DNA from: Psammoneis japonica
Taxonomy: Eukaryota
Direction of reading: 5' to 3'
Length of the DNA stretch: 52,165 bases
Assembly: GCA_008632985.1 (NCBI GenBank)
Contig: QPGO01000338.1
Coordinates: forward strand, 1-52,165
Made by a program: the position numbers and the translations under genes. Shown here in pieces: positions 37,386-49,800 of this stretch (positions are counted from its first letter, which is position 1; each line of letters opens with the position of its first letter). The notes beneath the pieces were generated by a model that did no database searches, had not been told where the DNA came from, and saw only the letters and a list, made by a program, of their open reading frames with translations.

Positions 37386-38554
37386 TTATATGCATGTCTT
37401 CAGTGAACAGGAAAATGATGCAAAATGACAGAACGCAAAGAGAACTTGTGGTCGCAACGTTGTCAAACCACCATGCTGGTGCAGTGTGCGACTGTTATAT
37501 ACATATTTATGATTATATATTATTTATATGTCAATCGTACCACAGTCGTGGATGCGTACAAAGGACAGAACGATCACACAGAGTTGATCGGATGTCGAGA
37601 ATTGCAAATACGATCGATTGACGATGTTGACATCTTACGTGTCAACAGCAATCGTATCCGGACAATCTGTTGTCACGAATATATTCTCCGAAAGGCCTTT
37701 TGTCTGTAGAAGCAGTACAGAAGCTTTAGGCCATTGAGAACTCATTCGGAGAAACCAAAAATCACAGAGTAAAATTTAATCTCATAATTTTCACTTTTCG
37801 AACTTCGTTCTACTTTCGTTTACACTCGTTCTTCGAGCATAGTGCACTGGACGATCGCAGCACAAACAGTGTGCACAGGATCCCGCGGACTCTTTGTCAC
37901 ATTGCTTCCGTGGTTCGGCATTGGTTCACCAAAAACATGGGGGCATTGGATCTGCAGACCACAAGCAGAAGAGACAAATGCCACATGCATGATTGGACTG
38001 ACAAACGGCGCAAATGCATGGGAACTTTCTCTCTGTCGACATCACTCAGACTTCGCCAAAGCCAGATTAAGTCAACCAGTGGAAAACTCATGTGGGGGTG
38101 TTGCACACAAAACAAACAAATTGCGATGTAAGTCACTTGATGCAACGGGCTACGTGGATTGTTGCCCTGACAAGGATCGCACATGGAGTCACACCCAAAC
38201 GTTGCAACGCACTCAGTGACGAGCTTGCAACTGCAACAGAGAAGCAACTGGCCATCTAAAGAGACAAGAAGTGACAGTCATAAAACTCACTGTTACACAC
38301 CTTTACAGCTAGAGGCTATCACCTGCTCAAGCAAGTGACAGTGCTTGCTGTTCAGTCGTTCAAACATGCAGATCTCAAGAATTTCGCACAGGATCTCAGT
38401 CACGGTTGTGAAGCTCGCGGCAGCGCGCAGACAGTGCGCGCAGGGTCGGAGGGAGGCTGTGACGTCATCTAGCAGTAGTGTATCTACACAAAATACACGT
38501 AGCCAGTTTCAGCGCATAAATGCGCAAAACCGGGTTTCGACGAGCGCATTTTTA

Positions 38555-38872
38555 CTACGAATTGCTGAACAATTGCGCGACACACGTGCCCGAAGGGTGA
38601 TTGTTGCTTCGGGCACGAAATTCGAGCTTCGCGCACGTAGAGACCGTAGAAAATATACCAGCATTCGAGAATGTCCGATTTGTGTAGATCACGTAGCACA
38701 GTACCACAGAGGTCATTGATGAAATTACTTCAACGACTCATGCGACTACAATGAGATTTTCAATACCATATACTATGTAGAATGGACATCTGCGCGAAGG
38801 AAGAATGTTGCTTCGGGCAACGATATTCGACCTTCGGGCACGTGTATCGCGCAATTGTTTTGCAATTTGTAG
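38555..38872. mobile_element. MITE, 318 bp, long imperfect TIRs, TA target duplication (Tc1/mariner-type)
   Basis: ta|CTACGAATTGCTGAACAATTGCGCGACACACGTGCCCGAAGG... pairs with ...CCTTCGGGCACGTGTATCGCGCAATTGTTTTGCAATTTGTAG|ta. Confidence 0.85.
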
Positions 38873-39164
38873 TAGTGCCGGTAGTAGCCGGTGCATAACT
38901 CTCTCATAAAAATTGCGAAGACGGTGAACAACGTCGTTGTCATTCGTTACCTGTTTGCTTCCCTGTAAGTGTCGCATGTTGTGTTTAAGCTTTCCTACGA
39001 TTGTCGTATCCTTCTCTAATTGCCCCGATTTTCCTCTTTTAAAACCTGCAAGAACGCGGGAAGTCTCTGTATCGAACGCCTGAAGCTTGAAACTCGTCAA
39101 CCGTCAACGGCGAAAGAGATCGATCGAAAACCACTTCTTGTCGATATTTTGACGCTTTCCTACC

Positions 39165-41832
39165 ATGGTAAGTGTTGCTTGTGTTGAAGCTTCATTTATT
39201 CCTTCACAACGTCGCTTGTCGCCGGTGTGTCCTTCTCTAACCGCTGCTGTTCGCTTGAACAATCTATCAGAAACTAGCATCTAAGGCCCACAGTTTGAAA
39301 ACCAAGCACAACTACGCGTTGTCGATACCGATGATGTTTTCGGAAGGAGCGGAGTCCATTCGCTGCCTTGATTGTCTCGATGTAATTGATGAACATGTGT
39401 CGCATTGTACATCTCTGATTGAAAGGGGCAATGAGTTGCCCAAGGTTTGGGCGTCACAGTTTATTGCATTCTTGGTACATCAAGCACCCGAGCTACTGAG
39501 GACAACTCCATCTCATTCTTCCTCAATCAGATTATCCGGTGGAACTGAGCTCCGATTATCTAATGTCCTAGAGCCACCATCTGTCGATGACGAGCCACCA
39601 TCCGATACCCCAATTGAATTTCTTGGCCGGTTGAACCAGATTTCAACATATTATCGAACTGTGATTGCACTTGGCGAGGAGGTCAACAACGACATGATAG
39701 AACACTATATGGATTACGTCAAGAGTAACGCCCCTACGCTGCTGCGAGCCGCTCCAGTTGTTTTTTCCTCCGATCAGGTCGAGTCGTCTTCCTCGACTGA
39801 GACGGAGACATCCTGTGAATGCGAAAGCGGCTCCGTCTTTGGAAACACTCACGAAAATGCGAAGCTTTGCGTTGACAAGGTGTGCAAACGCCTATTTACT
39901 GCGAAACAAGCCAAGGCCTTCTTAGAGAATAGCCAAAAGCTGCTGACCAATGCCCTTTCATGGGTGTTTAAGAAAGAACAGCAAACAAACAAACAGGTGG
40001 GAAAAGCATTCAAAGCTGCACTCAATAGAGAGACAGGCGATGCTATTTGGGAACAGGCGTCGTGCTTTTTGTTGCAATTGGTTGTTGATGCATATGAGCA
40101 AGCTGAGCAGGCTCAAGATAAATTACAAGGTGAAAAATACTCATGGACTTTGGCCTTGTTTTTCTGTGAAAACGTCCTCGTGCTTGCAAAACCGAAAGAT
40201 GATTACAAAAATCTTCTCAATGATCTCGAAGGAGAAGGACTCATCAAGGACTCCACTGGTGCCCCCATTCCGCGTCTATCTGACGGTTATGGGCGTAATA
40301 ACAAGCTCAAGAAAGATGCTGCCATGCAGAAGAATGACGATGAGTTCAATTACAACGCAGTTCGATGCATTCTTGCGAATCTCATCAAGTTTCCTGCTGC
40401 TCACAAAGACGCTGCATTAGCTGTGGTAGAACGGTTTCAAACCCGATCCCGTCACGATAGCAAACTTGCAAAACCCCTTCATGTTTCCAAATGGTGGAAG
40501 TCGGCCTTTTACTATGGTCGCGACGAGGCTATTCCTAGTCAGGAACTCATTGCCAAACTGAAAGTATTTGAGAGCGAATGCCGAGCTCTGGGGAGGGCTT
40601 GTACAAGGCAGGAATTGAGGGAAAAGGTCGCGGCGTTTGCCTCTGAAGCTGTCACGTCACTGCAAGCACCTGAAATCGCCTCGTCGTCGGCCAAGCCTTT
40701 GAGCTATCATGCCCCTGCTCGTGAAATCTTCGGAAATGCCGAAAATGGCCTCACAGTTACGGAGTTCGGAATTTATTACGCCCTGTCCAAAACTCCATGG
40801 CTGAAAGACATTGGGAAATGGCTGCCTCTCGAAGACTTGGCTAAGGAAGGACTTACACCTCAAAGCAATACGGAAGAAGCACTTGCGGGAGTGCTCTACA
40901 AACTAGAAGACTTGGAAATACTTGATTACTGCGGTGGTGATGCGTATGGGAAGGTTGTGAAGGTTCGCCTCATAGATAATCCTTCTGCTCGGTTTACATT
41001 GAAATTGATAATTTGCGACTTGGCTGTTGAGAAAGATCTCCTCAACGTCGTTCGTGAGATTTCCACAGGGACAATGGCAAAATCGGACAACATTGCCAAG
41101 GTCTTTGGCTATTTCCCAGCTCCTGAACTTGTCTTTGATAAAAAAAAACGGTAGACACACAATGGCGGTAATGCTGGAGGAGTGTGCTTTTGACCTTCGC
41201 ACTTATATGAGCAGATCGGTATTCAAGTTGAATGTGCCCCCAACCGACAAAGCACTCGTAATGTGCAACATTGTCGTGCAGATACTGAATGGCGTCGCGG
41301 CCTTCCGCAAAGCGGGTGTTTGTAAGTATTGCACTCTCACTTTGTTTCGCTTCTAAAAGCCTTCCGTGCTAAATCTAAACCACTGCGTGTCCTATCTGCA
41401 TTGTTCACAGCCCATGCTGAGTTGAAGCCGGAGAACATCTGTTTTGATATGAACGGACGAATCAAAATCATTGACATGCCCGATGAAAAGGACATGTATT
41501 CTGATGAACACTCGATGGGAATCATTATGGGCGAGCTGATGTCTGGAGAGCGGCCTCCCAAGTTTCGTGGAACGCAATTGAACACATCCCAAATTGTCCC
41601 ACAATCGAATGCGGACTACACCGGATTGGATCGAGCAGCGATGGAACAGCAGATCCGCTGCAAATTTGGTTTTTCCGGCTCGGCGTTTGACACCGGTAAT
41701 GATCTCCACGAAGCAGGCGATTTATTGGTAAATATTGTTATTGGGCTCCTCGAACCTGATAACAGAAACCGCATGAAGTATGACGAAGCACTTCAGAAGG
41801 TAGGCAAACTCAGGTCCATGCTCCTGGAGTAA
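39165..41832 (+). pseudogene. Protein with long unknown N-terminus and degenerate C-terminal protein-kinase domain; frameshift in an A-run at ~41140-41148
   Basis: ATG (39165-39167), then intron 39168-39270 (GTAAGT..CTAAC..CAG) in frame with ORF 39295. Motifs CGGDAYGKV, FTLKLI, NIAKVFGYF and QILNGVA; intron 41322-41410; then HAELKPENI..IKIIDMP. Confidence 0.7.
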
Positions 41833-42269
41833 TAAGATGGGTAGAGATAACCAGCATACAGAGAAAAGATAAAGGGGCACACTCTAGCTAGCTCTACTCT
41901 AGTCTACCTGCAGTTTCTATCTAAAGCATGCACCCAGCAGATAGTGTGAGATATGCCTAAGGAAGCCATAATCAACGATGTCAATACAGACTATAAACTT
42001 TGCTTCCAGCGGATGAAGAAGAGCCTAGAGAGGAGATGGGATGGCTTCCAGACAACCTAGATGTTGGGATAGCTGGATACGCTTTTGTTTCCGAGATGCA
42101 TCATATAGAACAGAAGAAAAGGCACCATTGTGTGCGAATAAGACGCATTTAGTTATACTCTGCGTTGTGCACAAGTTTCTTCAAATCTCAGTAGGGGCGT
42201 GTTGTCGAGGCACGCCTGTCTTTCAATTTACATAAAGACAATATACAGAAGGGGGTGTTGTTGATTTAG

Positions 42270-43851
42270 TCCTTCAGCTTTCGCCGACTATCGGCTCTCT
42301 ATGCTGACACGATCGTAGAGAATTGTGGATGAACAACACATCCAGATAGCAGAGCCTGATCAAATTCGAAAGTTCTCAACGAAACACCATGATTCCATCC
42401 AAGGCTGCACTACCCGACCAGGGAAACATGTTACGGACTCAAGCGCACTCCACTTGCCACGTTCATCATATGTTGCACCATACATCATGACACTCTTGGT
42501 GAGAGCAGACGTCGAGTTCATAAAGGATGTCCGCAAATGTGCCAAACACAAGTGCACCAGGTAAGCTGCGACATTTGTGGGATGCACTCATGGAAACCAT
42601 GCGTACTCGCCCTCTCCATTTGTAAATGCAAATCACACAACAAAAGGCCGATTTTCAAAGACCAATGATGAGCAAGGTGTGAAATCATCGCGCCGGCGAG
42701 TTGACAAGCAATCCCAGCACTTGAACAATTGCTGGTCCGAGTCTCAACTTTTCATTACAGAAAATAGGGAAATAGCGAGCCAATACACCGGAGTTCAATC
42801 CTGAAATGATGTCTGCTACAGCCACCAATGTCGGAATCATCCGTCCTTGGCAAACGCAAAACCAGCCGCGCTCTTCATGCAACCCTTCAGACTGTGACTC
42901 GTCCGGTATGCTCGAAATCAGGAAGGAACTGTCGATTTTGTCGCCATCAGATTCAAAATATGCCATCAAATCGTCATCCTCCGTTTCGTTCGACTCTGCA
43001 GAGTTTGGTGACGGTAGCAACAACGAAGGAGGCGAATCATTCAAGGTATTCATGTCGACGTGAGTCGTACAAAAGTTGTTGCTCGGTGAAGCGACGTCCA
43101 TGGTGTGGTTCGGCTCGCATGATTCTTCCAAGGAATCAACAGGGAGAACCACATGCCTATCGCTGGTGCAGCACAAGAGGACAATGCAGGGCAAACAAAT
43201 CAGCTGTCCTACCACCATGACGATCGAACAGTCCCGAATCGACCACTTGTCTCCCAGGAAGGCAAAGAGAACCAAAGACACAGTAGGGCCCATGGTATTA
43301 CCCAGCTTGATCAGTATTGAGCGCTGTGTAAAGTATTTTGAACGTTCCCCGTTATCAATCGAATCTGCAAACATTGCAGTCAAGGCTGTATTGACCACAC
43401 CGTACACTAAACCCCACAGCGCCAACGCGGAGGCAAGGAGCATGTAGCTCTCTCTATAAACTGAAAACGAAGTCATTCCAACTGCAGTCAATCCAATCAC
43501 AGCAGCACTTCTAAGCAACAAATCCCGACGTCTTCCATGAGATGGACTCAACCGATCAGCGACAATGCCAGTTGGTATCGATGGCAAGAGTTGGCATATT
43601 CCCATGACGGACGTGATGAAGCCGACCGATTCAGGATTGTCATTCCGAAGCAAGTAGCAATATGTACTTAGCACACTTTGATACCAAGCTGCTCTTCCAG
43701 TAAACGCAAACAGAGTATAGGAGAGGATCCAGAGAAAGTTGGGGCTGCGATCTGTTTCCGGTTCGTCGTTCTGTGCTGAAGTAACTACTAGAGGTTCTCT
43801 CAACGACTCGCGTTGTGCCTCTGCACTAAGCAATGCTTCTTGCGGTGGCAT
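42270..43851 (-). pseudogene. Major facilitator superfamily transporter, frameshifted in the C-terminal half
   Basis: TM helices, GIVADRL....GRRR motif A, ALTAMFADS..GERSKYF. The C-half (RTSFMNSTSALTKSV..ERGKWSALESV.MFSWSGSAAL) is in other frames. Confidence 0.8.
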
Positions 43852-43948
43852 TTTGTTCGTAAAGCGGAAATGATGGCTGACAACTCGAAGGCGGTGTTGT
43901 GTGGTGTTGCTGTAACTCTTACCGCCGCTGCTCGCCATCGTCGGTCTC

Positions 43949-46243
43949 ATGTCTCATCGCACCATCGTCATCATTACCGCCCGACCTACTGACCTTACCC
44001 ACCGTACCGACTTCGTCTGTACCCGTCTGTCCCCGGTCCGTTTGGGGTCAGGGCAGGGGGGCGACACACACAGCACAGACGGACAACAGCGCAACACGGA
44101 CAAGCCATCACCGGAACTGCTCACTGACGCTCTTGTGGCGGCCATGGTGGTCACCTACAAGCGGCTTTGGCTTGTTTGGCTCGCCCCTCCGTTGGTGATT
44201 TGTGCCCTGCCTCTTTTTGCACAAGTGTTTGTCACGCTCCTCAACTTGTTTACGCGAAACCACGGAATATTCGCGATCGTCCTTACGGTGGCAATGTACG
44301 TTTCGGTTCGGTCGACGATTCAACGATGCGCCCCCTCTCCTCAAGAAAGAGATAGAGTATGGAATCGAGGGAGACTCGCTTGGCGTCTGGGTTGTGCCGC
44401 TGTCAGTATCTTTCTGACTCGGTACCTCGCTTACCCCCTTCTTGTCTTTGTGTTTGGAGAAATGGGATGCAGTGCCGTCCCATACATTCCATACGCAGCC
44501 GTCTTTCGGTTTTCGATGACCGCGTTGATTATGGGCCTTACTGTTTTGCTACGCTTTGTTGGATGGACCTCGGTTGGTACGTTGCCCTTTGAGTGTGTTG
44601 CTTCTTCCATGATAAACTCTAAATTCGTTTTCTCACTCTCTTTGAACTCTCGCTCCGTTTGCTTAGTCCGGTGTTCCGCTTCTCCACTATTATCAAACCC
44701 CGCGACATCAAGGCTCTCTTCTTTTTGGGCAAGATTGAAAACACTCGATGCCATTCTAGACCTAATTGCGGGCCCGACGGATCCTCCCGGCGTTCTGCTT
44801 CGGTCGCCCGTTGCCAGTCAGGTGCCGCAAAAAAGATACCAGCAGCCTACATTCAAATACCAGCAACCCACTCAATTCTTCTTCGCCATTCTTTGTGGAA
44901 TGATTGTATTTTTCTTGGCGGGACCAACTCACGACGACTTGCTCAAGACCGCGTTGTTTGTCACGAGTATCTTGACCTGCGTCATTCAACTTTTGTTCAC
45001 GACCCTCGACGGTGTGTCACATGAACTCAACCCCATGCCATACTACAACAACAATTTCAAGCTCTTGTACATGGTGAAACATGGTGTGTACAAGCTGGTC
45101 AAAATCGTCTTTCTTACTATGATTGCGACCATTGTGGCCTTTTGGCTTGGACCGACAGCGGCAAGCGATGATTCATCATTGTATCATTCTTGGGGCCAAG
45201 TCCTACGTTTGGGATCCACTTGCTTTGTATTTTCGGCACTTGTAACCTGCTACTTGACCATTACAGATGAAGCCTACCGCATGAGTCTCTGCGTCCGTGG
45301 CTTGAGTTTGCCAGATCTCGTCTACGACGTTCATCACCATGTCACGCCGTATCTCTGCATGGATGTGTTGGTGTCTTCTATTCTGCACGGAAACGAGGAG
45401 TGCATTCGTTGTATTGTTGATTCTTCTCAAGTGCAAGGAAACAAGGAAGAAGTTGAATTGGAATTGGTTCATAGGTGCGCAGAGCTACTGGAGAACACGC
45501 TGGTGTACAACGGACGCAAACCTCCGCGCATGAACATGAGAGCGGCGTACGAGTTTTGCCTGGAGCAAGACATTCTACGAATGCTCCTCCTCGAGTCCCT
45601 TGGCGGGACCGTTTTGCCTTTGTCTGACCCTGAGTTGGAAGGCCATGTCTACAATGTGCGGTACTGGGTAAACTGCAAGGATGTGTTTGAAGGCGAACGC
45701 ATGTCGGTTGTATTAGTACGGGCGCTTTGTGCCCATATTTGTGGATTGGGCCGGACTTTGGTTTCTTGTGTGCAGCCGTATACCTTCAATCCTCCGCATT
45801 CTGTTCCCAAGAGTCACTCTTCATCATTCGCCACATGGGCATTGCCACCAGGAGCTTTGGTTTGTGCTTCATATGCGGTGATAAGTGTTGCCCGGCTGGT
45901 CGTCTGTGAATTGTCGTCCAGCACCCATCCTTCCAGCTGGAGTAGTACACCTCTTTCAAAGTTGGTTCCTGCTGTGCTATAGTCTCTCTTTCAGCTTCGA
46001 CATGGAGTTACCAAGTACCTACGTTACACTCAAGAAGTGCCTGGCATTACAACGTACAACTATTGGATCGTGGATGCCGTCGACCACCCCGAACTTCTTT
46101 CTCTCCTCGAGGCTTGTGACGAAAATGCTGTCTCTATTCTGAGACTACTCAGTGACCCAGGAGACAAGATGAAGAGGACGGGATATTTGTTCGATCGTCA
46201 GTCTCTTGAATGCCGTGATTGGATTATGCAGCTCAACTGGTAG
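43949..46243 (+). pseudogene. Polytopic membrane protein, possibly NDC1-like nucleoporin, with an in-frame TAG at 45980-45982
   Basis: 677-aa multi-TM ORF; the same frame continues past the TAG into ORF 46037-46243. Helical C-terminus ..SVARLVVCEL..LSKLVPAVL*SLF resembles NDC1 (weak recollection). A likely intron near 44576-44700. Confidence 0.45.
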
Positions 46244-46712
46244 ATTGGCAACCATGTCTCCAATGCAGAGGCTTCAACGCTCCTATCCTCTAGTCTACTA
46301 CAGACTTATTGACGAGCTTTGAGTTGAATGCTTTTGTACTCTACAAAAAATGAACGAAGCGTAAGTTGCACCAGCCTTGCTTTAGTTGTACGCATCACAC
46401 TATAGAAGAATCTCTACTACTCGTACCTACTCTAGAGCTACGTAGAGAATGACTTAGTGCTGTAGCCTACCTTAAAATGTTTCCTCTTCTTCGCTTCTGC
46501 CTTTTGCTTTCCGTGTGCATTCAACCAAGGATTTATAAGTCTATCAGGATGTACAAGCTCCGGTACAAATCTACGTGCGAGCCTGTTGCCATGCGTGGTA
46601 CGAACACCGTTAAAATTTGTACTGCATTTTACGGCAGTCTACGTAGGGCTTCTGACGGGACGAACTTATCATTTATAAATAAACATTCACAAATATCATA
46701 TATACCTCGAAG

Positions 46713-46810
46713 ACGAAACGTGATGGAGGGGGGAAAACAGACGGCACGAAACGTGATGGAGGGGGGATAACAGACGGCACGAAATGTGATGGTGGATGGA
46801 AGACAGACGA
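46713..46810 (+). repeat. 33-bp tandem repeat x3 upstream of the P-element transposase
   Basis: ACGAAACGTGATGGAGGGGGGA(A/T)AACAGACGGC at 46713 and 46746, degenerate at 46779. Confidence 0.9.
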
Positions 46811-49800
46811 AATGGAAATTCAAAAGGAAAATCTGCCGCCGATGACAATCAACCCAATGACCGATTGATTGTTGCAACGATGAGTCATGATGTATGCTGC
46901 TGTAGTTCCCCAAATTGTCATGTGCTTCGACAAGCGCTGATTCACGCTAATGATCCACTTTGGGGTCGCCCGCTGGCAAGGATACGCGTGACGCAAAACA
47001 CACGATGCAAGCGTCTCGTCGAAAGCATTGTCCATTACTTGAAGCCCGAGAGAAGCACAAAAATTTTATGCATTGCCCCTCATCACTGGCCGAGAGAATT
47101 CTGGGAGTTCCGTGACTCCTGCAACGTCAAGCCACAATGGGTTTCGCCGCTTTCTTTCGAAGAAGCAAACTCGTTCGGTATGAATAACAGCCGCGACGCC
47201 ATTGACAGTAACAAAACACTTTTCGTACAAGCCCCTTGCTGCAAACACGAAGTCGTTTCAGCTTTTATTGACAGTCTATCCTCGCCGGAACAAACGCCAC
47301 AAGAGCCGCAAGAGTCGTCCACAGAACGGACAATTGCCATCGAACGCGCGCTTTTGTCGAATGCTTCTATCACAGCCGGCAATACAGACATTCCATCAAC
47401 GTCAACTTCCCTCACAACTGTCGAAATGCAGGATGCCGAGAAAGGAACTTCAACAGACTCGCGTCGACTTGAACAAGGCCCGACTCTTCTTTCTCCAAAT
47501 CCTATCGAGACGACCTGCGCAACTCCATCAATACGAACGTCACTTGATACAACCACAAAACCGCTCGTGGAACTGTCGATGGGGGAGACCAACAAAGAAA
47601 ACAAAAGTCCAGAGCCCAATCCTGTCCAGATCACACCAAGCGAGAGTGAGCAACGATCGCACGACAGTCTCGACTCGAGCTGCGTCGGCATGCGAAACAG
47701 AAGACTTGAAAGATGTACGGTCTCACCTCATATTCGAGGAAAGTGCCTTGAATTCTTTGACTACTATCGAAAGAGTAAAACATGGCGAAGCATTGACTGC
47801 ACAGGTGTGGCGTCTCCAAAGAGCACGACTCGACAGTGTGATAAGTGCTTCTATTGCGACCAAAATATTCGAAAGGACAGGTTCCCATTTCTCTTCATTG
47901 AAGAGCATTCCGTACAAGAGATGCTACCGCCGATTGATCAAATATCTTTCAAACTCGGATTCTCTTGGAACTCGTCCGACAAGAACGTATCGAATTTTCT
48001 GAACTCACGGGAAGTAAACCAACTCGTTCGTTTGTTGGACCTGCACGAAAGCGATTGCTTCCCGATTGAGCTTGAGAAAGGATTGCTCCTCCATCAATGC
48101 AGTGAGCAGCGATCACCCGACTGCAATGGCCTTTACCTCGCGGTAGAACCCAGTCCCGAAACAAACGAATGCCATTCTTGCAAGAACATTTTACGAAATG
48201 AAGCACGTCGAATCAAGCGAAAGGAAAGCAACCGTAAGCAGCAAACCGTTAGCAACTCCAAAACGAATCTTCGCTTCTTGAGCCCCGAAGAAAAAGACGA
48301 ACGTCTCCGCAATGTACAAAAAGAGAAGAAGAAGCAACAAATCAGATTCAAGCGGTTAGAAGCCAAATTAAAAAAGCTGAACGACAAGATCGAGGTACAG
48401 GACAGCGACGAGCAAATGAAGTCCGTCCTGGAGAAAGCTTTTGCTGCCTGCAAGGAAAACAAGGCAGCATTTCGGAAAAAGATAGTTTCAGTCTTACTCG
48501 AGCTTGAGACGGAAGATCAAGGTGGGTCGAAAATGGATGACGATGAACGTGAGAGAATCGCTGCCCTCATATCAGACGAAATCGAAAAGCACGGCAAGAA
48601 AATGGCCGGCAAACACACGGCTCTTGAGTATTCGGCGGGTGTTATCCGAATGGCTCTATCTCTCTGGCTCACTTCTCCTACTGCGTACAAAGAGTTCCAA
48701 GAGACGTCCCTTCAGATTATGCCATCCGAGTCCAAGCTGAAAAAGACGAAAGCGGCCATGATGTACAGTGACGGCTATGCCCCTGAAGTGTATGCATGGA
48801 AAAACGATGAAACCGATTCAAGGAAGCCAGGGAAGCGTCTGGATGGCCACGTAATGTGTGATGAATTGCATACGAAGCATGGGATCTCCTGGAGTTCAAC
48901 GACTCACCATATGGCGGGGTTTACAAGCGAATCAAAAGTTTGAATGTCAAAGAAGAGCTCAGGAATATGTTGGTTGAAGATGACAAAGAGTACTCACCTC
49001 AAGATGCTCAGGACAAGGAGCCTGCTGTTAGCGTCAATCAATGGCGATTCCGATCCTTTTATAACGAGACTCACAATGCTGAGTACTTTTTCGTTAATTC
49101 TCTGTCTGGAGACGATCTTGTACGCCAATTCACGCACGTTGTGCTCCTGTATGAAATGGTTGGTATACATATTCATGGTTTGGTATGCGATGCAGGAGGA
49201 AACAATGCACGAATGTACAAGCTGTTGAGGCAGGGACGAGCGGTGCCGGACCAAGCGTGGCTTACCGATGAATTTGTATCGATTATTCATCCGGTCGACC
49301 CTCTACGGAAGATATGGCTGTGGCATTGCAGCACTCACAACCTCAAGGCTGTGAGGAATGCTCTCGAGAAGAGTAGACCTCCCAAGGTGCGTCCTGCTTC
49401 CAAAACGAAAAAGAGCAAGAGGAAGAGAGTTAGCAAGAAGTTGATGGACAAGGCAACGAATGGCAGACGAAGATCCTTGAAGAAACGCGGACAAGAAGCT
49501 GGGAATGATGATTCAACCGCTGAGACAGCCAAAGCCACTCCGATAGAAGCTGATTCTGCCACCGAGCAAGTCATCATCGCTGCAACAGGGAGCGACGCAG
49601 TCGCCAAGAAAGTGGCCGGCGTGAGTGTCGGAGAGGTCGAGGTTGAAGGGTCTAATGACAATGGTACCAATCACGACGACGACGGCATCTGCAAGAAAAA
49701 GGGGGACAAGAAACAGTGAGCGCACCAAGGCAATTTGAAATGGACGGCACCAAGTTTGGCTGGCCACAGGTGGAAAATACTTACAAACGAGACATGCGAA

